A DNA stretch of 15,967 bases from Tubiluchus corallicola (lineage: Eukaryota; Animalia; Priapulida): positions 1-15,967 of the forward strand of contig JAQGDQ010002071.1 in NCBI GenBank assembly GCA_030141605.1. The letters run 5' to 3'. The translations under genes and the position numbers were made by a program. The notes under the pieces were generated by a model. It had not been told where the DNA came from, did no database searches, and saw nothing but the letters and a program-made list of their open reading frames with translations. This document shows, piece by piece, positions 10,530 to 15,967 of this stretch (position 1 is its first letter; each line of letters starts with the position of its first letter).

Positions 10530-11135
10530 ATACTATATTTTAACATTTAAAGGTCAAATTCCTTCTGCTGCCTTCTTTCCCATTTATCCCTCTTTTGTGG
10601 GACTGACAGACTAAGTGGATTTATGATCCTATCAATATCTACCTTTCCCTGCTTTCCCTACTTTCGCTCTTCCTCGCTCTCGCCTTCTCTTTGCTTGTCT
10701 CTTTCGTTTGGAAGCATCTAAACAGAACATCTCGGATATACCAGGGTAACCTTTTTATTGTTCGTATAGTTGCACGTCTAGAATTTATCAGGGCAATATT
10801 AAGATAATGACCTTCGTGTCAATTTCGTATAATGTTGAAGTAACGTAATCAGCCGACAACACGCTGGTTGTAGAGAAAACGAATACAGATTAGACCATGC
10901 GACTCTTACACACATACACGATATAGCACTCATAATAAAACTCTAGAGAGTAATCATGGCTAATAAAGTACAGGACAAAGCTCTTTTGTAATATCTTACA
11001 TGAACGTTTCTCGCATTAAGCTTTATGAGTAATGGTTATGACGAGTAAAGCTGGATGGGGTGGGATTAGGAGATGATGTATTACAAGGCGTCAGCTCGCT
11101 GCCACAAACGAAATTGCACTGATCTCGTATTGGTT

Positions 11136-12124
11136 GCCGAATTAGTTAAGCATAAAAAGTGACAGGCCAAATTAGCTAAACACAGGAAGTAACAGGCCAA
11201 ATTAGCTAAACACAGGAAGTAACAGGCCAAATTAGCTAAACACAGGAAGTAACAGGCCAAATTAGCTAAACACAGGAAGTGACAGGCCGAATTAGCTAAA
11301 CACGGGAAGTAACAGGCCGAATTAGCTAAACACGGGAAGTAACAGGCCGAATTAGCTAAACACGGGAAGTAACAGGCCGAATTAGCTAAACACAGGAAGT
11401 GACAGGCCGAATTAGCTAAACACAGGAAGTGACAGGCCGAATTAGCTAAACACGGGAAGTAACAGGCCGAATTAGCTAAACACAGGAAGTGACAGGCCGA
11501 ATTAGCTAAACACAGGATGTGACAGGCCGAATTAGCTAAACACCGGAAGTAACAGGCCGAATTAGCTTAAACACAGGAAGTGACAGGCCAAATTAGCTTA
11601 AACACAGGAAGTAACAGGCCGAATTAGCTAAACACAGGAAGTGACAGGCCGAATTAGCTAAACACGGGAAGTGACAGGCCGAATTAGCTAAACACAGGAA
11701 GTGACAGGCCGAATTAGCTAAACACAGGAGGTGAAAGGCCGAATTAGCTAAACACAGGAAGTGACAGGCCGAATTAGCTAAACACAGGATGTGACAGGCC
11801 GAATTAGCTAAACACCGGAAGTAACAGGCCGAATTAGCTTAAACACAGGAAGTGACAGGCCAAATTAGCTTAAACACAGGAAGTAACAGGCCGAATTAGC
11901 TAAACACAGGAAGTGACAGGCCGAATTAGCTAAACACGGGAAGTAACAGGCCGAATTAGCTAAACACAGGAAGTGACAGGCCAAATTAGCTAAACACAGG
12001 AGGTGAAAGGCCAAATTAGCTAAACACAGGAACTAACAGGCCGAATTAGCTAAACACAGGAAGTAACAGGCCGAATTAGCTAAACACAGGAAGTGACAGG
12101 CCGAATTAGCTAAACACAGGAAGT
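11136..12124. repeat. 30-bp minisatellite, about 33 copies
   Basis: Unit RACAGGCCRAATTAGCTAAACACRGGAAGT; four 31-bp units carry an extra T; the first copy is degenerate. Confidence 0.98.
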
Positions 12125-13130
12125 GGTTGGTTCTTTATCGAGCAATCATCTGGTAGATACCTACCAAAATCATTTATTAAGATGATCGACCAAAGCATAA
12201 CATCTAAAGTTTTTATGTCAAGTCCATAAAGACTGATTTAGGTTGTTTTTTTTGGAAGAAATGTATTTCTCCACAAGCGTTATGGAAAACTGATATTAAA
12301 GGAAAGAACAAGTCACTCAGCACATTGGATTTATTTTATCGTTACCACGTAAGCTTAGAAAGATAACAAAGAAATTTGCAAGGAAGTGCTTATAAAGGAT
12401 AAATTTAAAATAAACTACTTTTGAATAGAAATGTTCAGGCATGGTGGTTGCCGCTATTCACTTGCAAATCATGATGTAACTTCGTGACTTTCCGTAAGCG
12501 CGCCCTGCGTAAGCTAATTCAAACTTCTGCAACTTACCTAATGTTCACGGAAAAATATTACAAAATTAGCTATCTAATTTTTTTGGAAAAAAACTTCTTA
12601 TACTTTTGGTGAAGATTGACAGTGCGCTACTTTTCTTCAACACGAATGACGTCATTGGTGGAAGAATGGGCATTGAAAATGTGAGCAACCAAGCATGAAG
12701 TGATCGTGACCTTAAAGCGATTTTACTAATTACACGAGGCGTTTATTGCAGTTTTATTACTGAATCCTTCTAACATTTTTCGCGAACATTGAAATAAGCC
12801 TAACTTCCTAGAAGTGTTGACTTTCCCTTTATTGTCTGTAGTGCACCAACGAGTCTAACGTCTGGCGTCCGCGTCCAGCATTTAGAAGCCAGAACTGGAA
12901 CGTCCTTGAGTGTATGCATCGGAATGTTGGAAGCCAGACACTGGAAACTGACCGTGTGGCGTCCAGCGTCTCTTTCTCCACTATCTCTTTCTCAATGATG
13001 ACTGTGACTATGTGACAACATCGCTGACGCTTACAATCATTAGTAAAAGTTTAGGACCATTTTACAAAACAAAATGCAGAATCTTAATATTTAAGATATT
13101 GACTTTCTTCACAAATCTTTAAACTGCATA

Positions 13131-13640
13131 CAGTAGTACCTCTGTTTTCGACCATAATTCGTTCCTAAAAAGTGTTTGAAAACCGATTTGTTCGAGTACC
13201 GAATCATTTATTCCCATAAGAAATAATGTAAAAGCAAATAATCCGTTCTCAAGCACCAAATGAACTGTAAAGTATTACTAAAACGAAATATAATAATGCA
13301 AAAATGTTTATTCAAACAGTAGATATGATATAATTGATAAGAAAAACAAAATAGAATTACTTAGAAAGAAAAACATAATTGTTCCTGCATGAAAAAACGG
13401 AGAAAAATAAGCGTAGAAAGCACTTAGAGATGTTAGGCGATTCAAATCTTGTGCGTGACTACTCTCGGGTGCGGTCGGTTACGCTCGGCTCTACTCGGCT
13501 CGCCGCGCATGTGTTCGTCACGTGTTTGGCGGTTGGTCGAGTACCGAAATTCTGGTCGAGAGCGGAGAGAATTTCTGCTCGAATTTTCTGGTCGAAAACC
13601 GATTTGTTCGAACCGAAATTCGACAACGGAGGTATGACTG
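13131..13640. mobile_element. Non-autonomous Tc1/mariner-superfamily (pogo/Tigger-like) MITE, 510 bp
   Basis: TA at 13129-13130 and 13641-13642 (TSD). TIRs CAGTAGTACCTCTGTTTTCGA versus reverse-complemented right end CAGTCATACCTCCGTTGTCGA (17/21). Subterminal direct repeats GAAAACCGATTTGTTCGA and TCGAGTACCGAA occur near both ends. No transposase ORF. Confidence 0.9.
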
Positions 13641-13806
13641 TACTATTTGAATAAGGTTTTTCAGACGCCGGGCGCTTTGGTGTGTCATGGGGCCTAATAA
13701 TATCACAGGTAACAAAATTGATTTCAGCACAGCTCTGTGATTCACTGAAACTGTGAAACTCCTTTATAAAGCAGCTGATAATGTTATAATGATAATGTTA
13801 ACTTAC

Positions 13807-13927
13807 CAAAGTTGTATTCTTGCACTTATCAGTTCCAGCGAACACGTTCAATTCCTTGGAGCCTTCGGGTAGTGGACACTGGTCAATATCAACTCGTCTC
13901 AAGTCAATATCGATTCCACTGGTTCCC
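13807..13927 (-). CDS. GPR158: Internal coding exon of a GPR158/GPR179-family class C GPCR (Drosophila CG31760-like), extracellular Cache / Cys-rich EGF-like junction
   Basis: Minus strand has a branch-like CTAAC (13951-13955), acceptor GTTTGTTTTGCAG|, a 121-nt exon (1 nt plus 40 codons) and donor TTG|GTAAGT (13801-13806). Translation GTSGIDIDLRRVDIDQCPLPEGSKELNVFAGTDKCKNTTL matches the family motif G...IDI.L..VDIDQC....(N.)FAG/S.KC recalled from GPR158 and CG31760. The symbol denotes the family; exact orthology is not established. Confidence 0.9.
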
Positions 13928-14122
13928 CTGCAAAACAAACAGAAACCTTTGTTAGGCTAAGTTAGAAATTACGTTTAATACCGCTTAGTAAAATGTACGT
14001 GAAGAAAAATTTACCCACTTTTAAATACAATTCAACGAAAGAATGGCATGAAAAAAGGGGAAGGCATTGTGAGTAGACCTTTTTTTCACCTTTAAGATAC
14101 TTCGCTAAGTGCTTCGTAGATG

Positions 14123-14469
14123 TAAAATTTATAACTCTCGAGACAAAAACCTGCTAGTTGCTTTCTCTGAGTTAGTTTGTGATTCGTTTTTACAAACTTT
14201 AGTATAAAATATTGAACTTTTATATTATATCTGTCACTTTTATATTATACAGGTCGTTTTGTGCAAATTGGTACTATTTGATTTTAGTTGTTCTTTTATT
14301 GGTATATTGATTTATTGGTATTTAAAAGTCTTGCGAATATAACAGCTATTTTATTTACAAAGTTTTTTAACCATACCCTGCAAATAGAGGGTCCCTGTAT
14401 GTATTTTATGTAAATATTTGTATATGCGTACAATTTTAAATTTTAAATAAAGAATTATAATAATAATAA
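14123..14469 (+). mobile_element. 5'-truncated non-LTR retrotransposon 3' end with 10-bp target-site duplication
   Basis: Direct repeat TTCGTAGATG at 14113-14122 and 14470-14479. The insert opens with a short open frame KIYNSRDKNLLVAFSELVCDSFLQTLV*, then a T-rich UTR, small stem ACCCT...AGGGT (14375-14392), AATAAA and a (TAA)n tail. Confidence 0.75.
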
Positions 14470-14528
14470 TTCGTAGATGCTTCATCCGGATTTGCAAAAG
14501 CGTTTATAGCATTATTATTATTATTGTA

Positions 14529-14722
14529 TAAATCTACGACTCCATATGCGCGTAATGCGTGATGCGTATTCAAACGATAGCCATCACGTTCGTGTGAACA
14601 CGTATCACGCATCGCGCATTACGGGTTACGCATTACGTACGCATGGAAGCACTTCGACGTGTTTAAATATAAACTGTCGTGTACGCATCACGCATTACGC
14701 GCACGTGGAGTCGTACCTTTAA
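14529..14722. mobile_element. Palindromic MITE-like element with 34-bp inverted arms; right end ...GTCGTACCTTTAA (TTAA-flanked, Kolobok-like)
   Basis: 14535-14568 (TACGACTCCATATGCGCGTAATGCGTGATGCGTA) is the reverse complement of 14682-14715 at 32/34. The right end is CCT+TTAA. The left end (ATAAATC) deviates from the expected TTAAAGG, so the superfamily call is tentative. Confidence 0.6.
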
Positions 14723-15919
14723 GCATCTAAAATCGCGTCTTTTGATCCATTATCTATAATGAATTTTATTTAAGCTGAACTAACACAGTTGCCTTGTCGA
14801 AGCGTATAAAGCACTACAAACTCATCGTGTACGCATCACGCATTACGCGCACGTGGAGTCGTACTTTTAACCATCTAAAATCGCGTCTTTTGAACAATGC
14901 CTGATGATCTCTGATCCATTATCTATAATGAATTTCATTTAAGCTGAACAAACACAGTTGCCTTGTCAAGGCGTATAGAGCACTCCAAACTCATCGTGTA
15001 CGCATCACGCATTACGGATTACGCATTACGCATTACGCACACACTGAAACACTTCCATGTGTAAATTTAAACTGTTGTATACGCTTCACGTATCAGGCAT
15101 TACGCATTACGCATTACGCACAGATTGAAACACTTCGATGTGTTTAAATTTAAACGGTTGTATACGCATCACGCATCACGCATCACGCATTACGCGCACG
15201 TGGAGTCGTACCTTTAACCATCTAAAATCGCGTCTTTTGAACAACGCCTGATGATCTCTGATCCATTATCTATAATGAATTTTATTTAAGCTGAACTAAC
15301 ACAGTTGCCTTGTCGAAGCGTATAGAGCACTCCAAACTCGTCGTGTACGCGTCACGCATTACGGATTACGCATTACGCACACATTGAAACACTTCCATGT
15401 GTAAATTTAAACTGTTGTATACGCTTCACGTATCAGGCATTACGCATTACGCACATATTGAAACACTTCGACGTGTTTAAATATAAACTGTTGTATACGC
15501 ATCACGCATTGCGCGCACGTGAAGTCGTACCTTTAACCATCTAAAATCGCGTCTTTTGAACAATGTCTGATGATCTCTGATCCATTATCTATAATGAATT
15601 TTATTTAAGCTGAACTTGCCTTGTCAAAGCGTATAGAGCAATGCAAACTCGTCGTGTACGCATCGCGCATTACGCGCACGTGAAGTCGTACCTTTAACCA
15701 TCTAAAATCGCGTCTTTTGAACAATGTCTGATGATCTCTGATCCATTATCTATAATGAATTTTATTTAAGCTGAACTTGCCTTGTCGAAGCGTATAGAGC
15801 AATGCAAACTCGTCGTGTACGCATCGCGCATTACGCGCACGTGAAGTCGTACCTTTAACCATCTAAAATCGCGTCTTTTGAACAATGTCTGATGATCTCT
15901 GATCCATTATCTATAATGA
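14676..15919. repeat. Complex CpG-rich tandem repeat with variable monomers (148, 347, 319, 161, 161 bp) and internal 7-bp ACGCATY subrepeats
   Basis: The marker GTCGTACYTTTAA ends at 14722, 14870, 15217, 15536, 15697 and 15858, each followed by CATCTAAAATCGCGTCTTTTG...GATCCATTATCTATAATGA. Confidence 0.93.
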
Positions 15920-15965
15920 GCAATACGTAACTAAACATTGTACTTCGTTCCAGTTACGTATTGCT
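15919..15965. other. Perfect 14-bp inverted repeat (stem-loop, 19-nt loop) ending the satellite
   Basis: AGCAATACGTAACT (15919-15932) / AGTTACGTATTGCT (15952-15965). Confidence 0.9.
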
Positions 15966-15967
15966 TG

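Noticed and set aside
9750-10614. Long SL-rich and ER-rich ORFs
   Set aside because: Translations of the (CT/GA)n tract.
13379-13745. Three short overlapping ORFs in or near the MITE
   Set aside because: No transposase (HTH or DDE) motifs; chance frames in the GC-richer half of a non-autonomous element.

Overview
AT-rich eukaryotic (invertebrate-type animal) genomic DNA with no prokaryotic genes, CRISPR array, rRNA or intact tRNA. The only convincing host coding sequence is one 121-bp spliced internal exon on the minus strand (13807-13927; GTSGIDIDLRRVDIDQCPLPEGSKELNVFAGTDKCKNTTL). It is absent from the ORF track and I recognise it as the ectodomain of a GPR158/GPR179-family class C GPCR (Drosophila CG31760-like). 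The rest appears to be intron packed with repeats: 72-, 28- and 30-bp minisatellites, long microsatellites, three 5'-truncated non-LTR retrotransposon 3' ends (two with exact target-site duplications), a tRNA-derived SINE, a Tc1/mariner-pogo-type MITE, and a composite CpG-rich satellite at the right end that seems to have grown out of a palindromic transposon. Nearly all long ORFs in the supplied track are translation artefacts of tandem repeats. The most interesting leads are the transposon-to-satellite structure (14510-15967), two RFX X-box matches, an ETS/forkhead-core minisatellite, and candidate recursive-splice and micro-exon signals. None is shown to be a new biological system.
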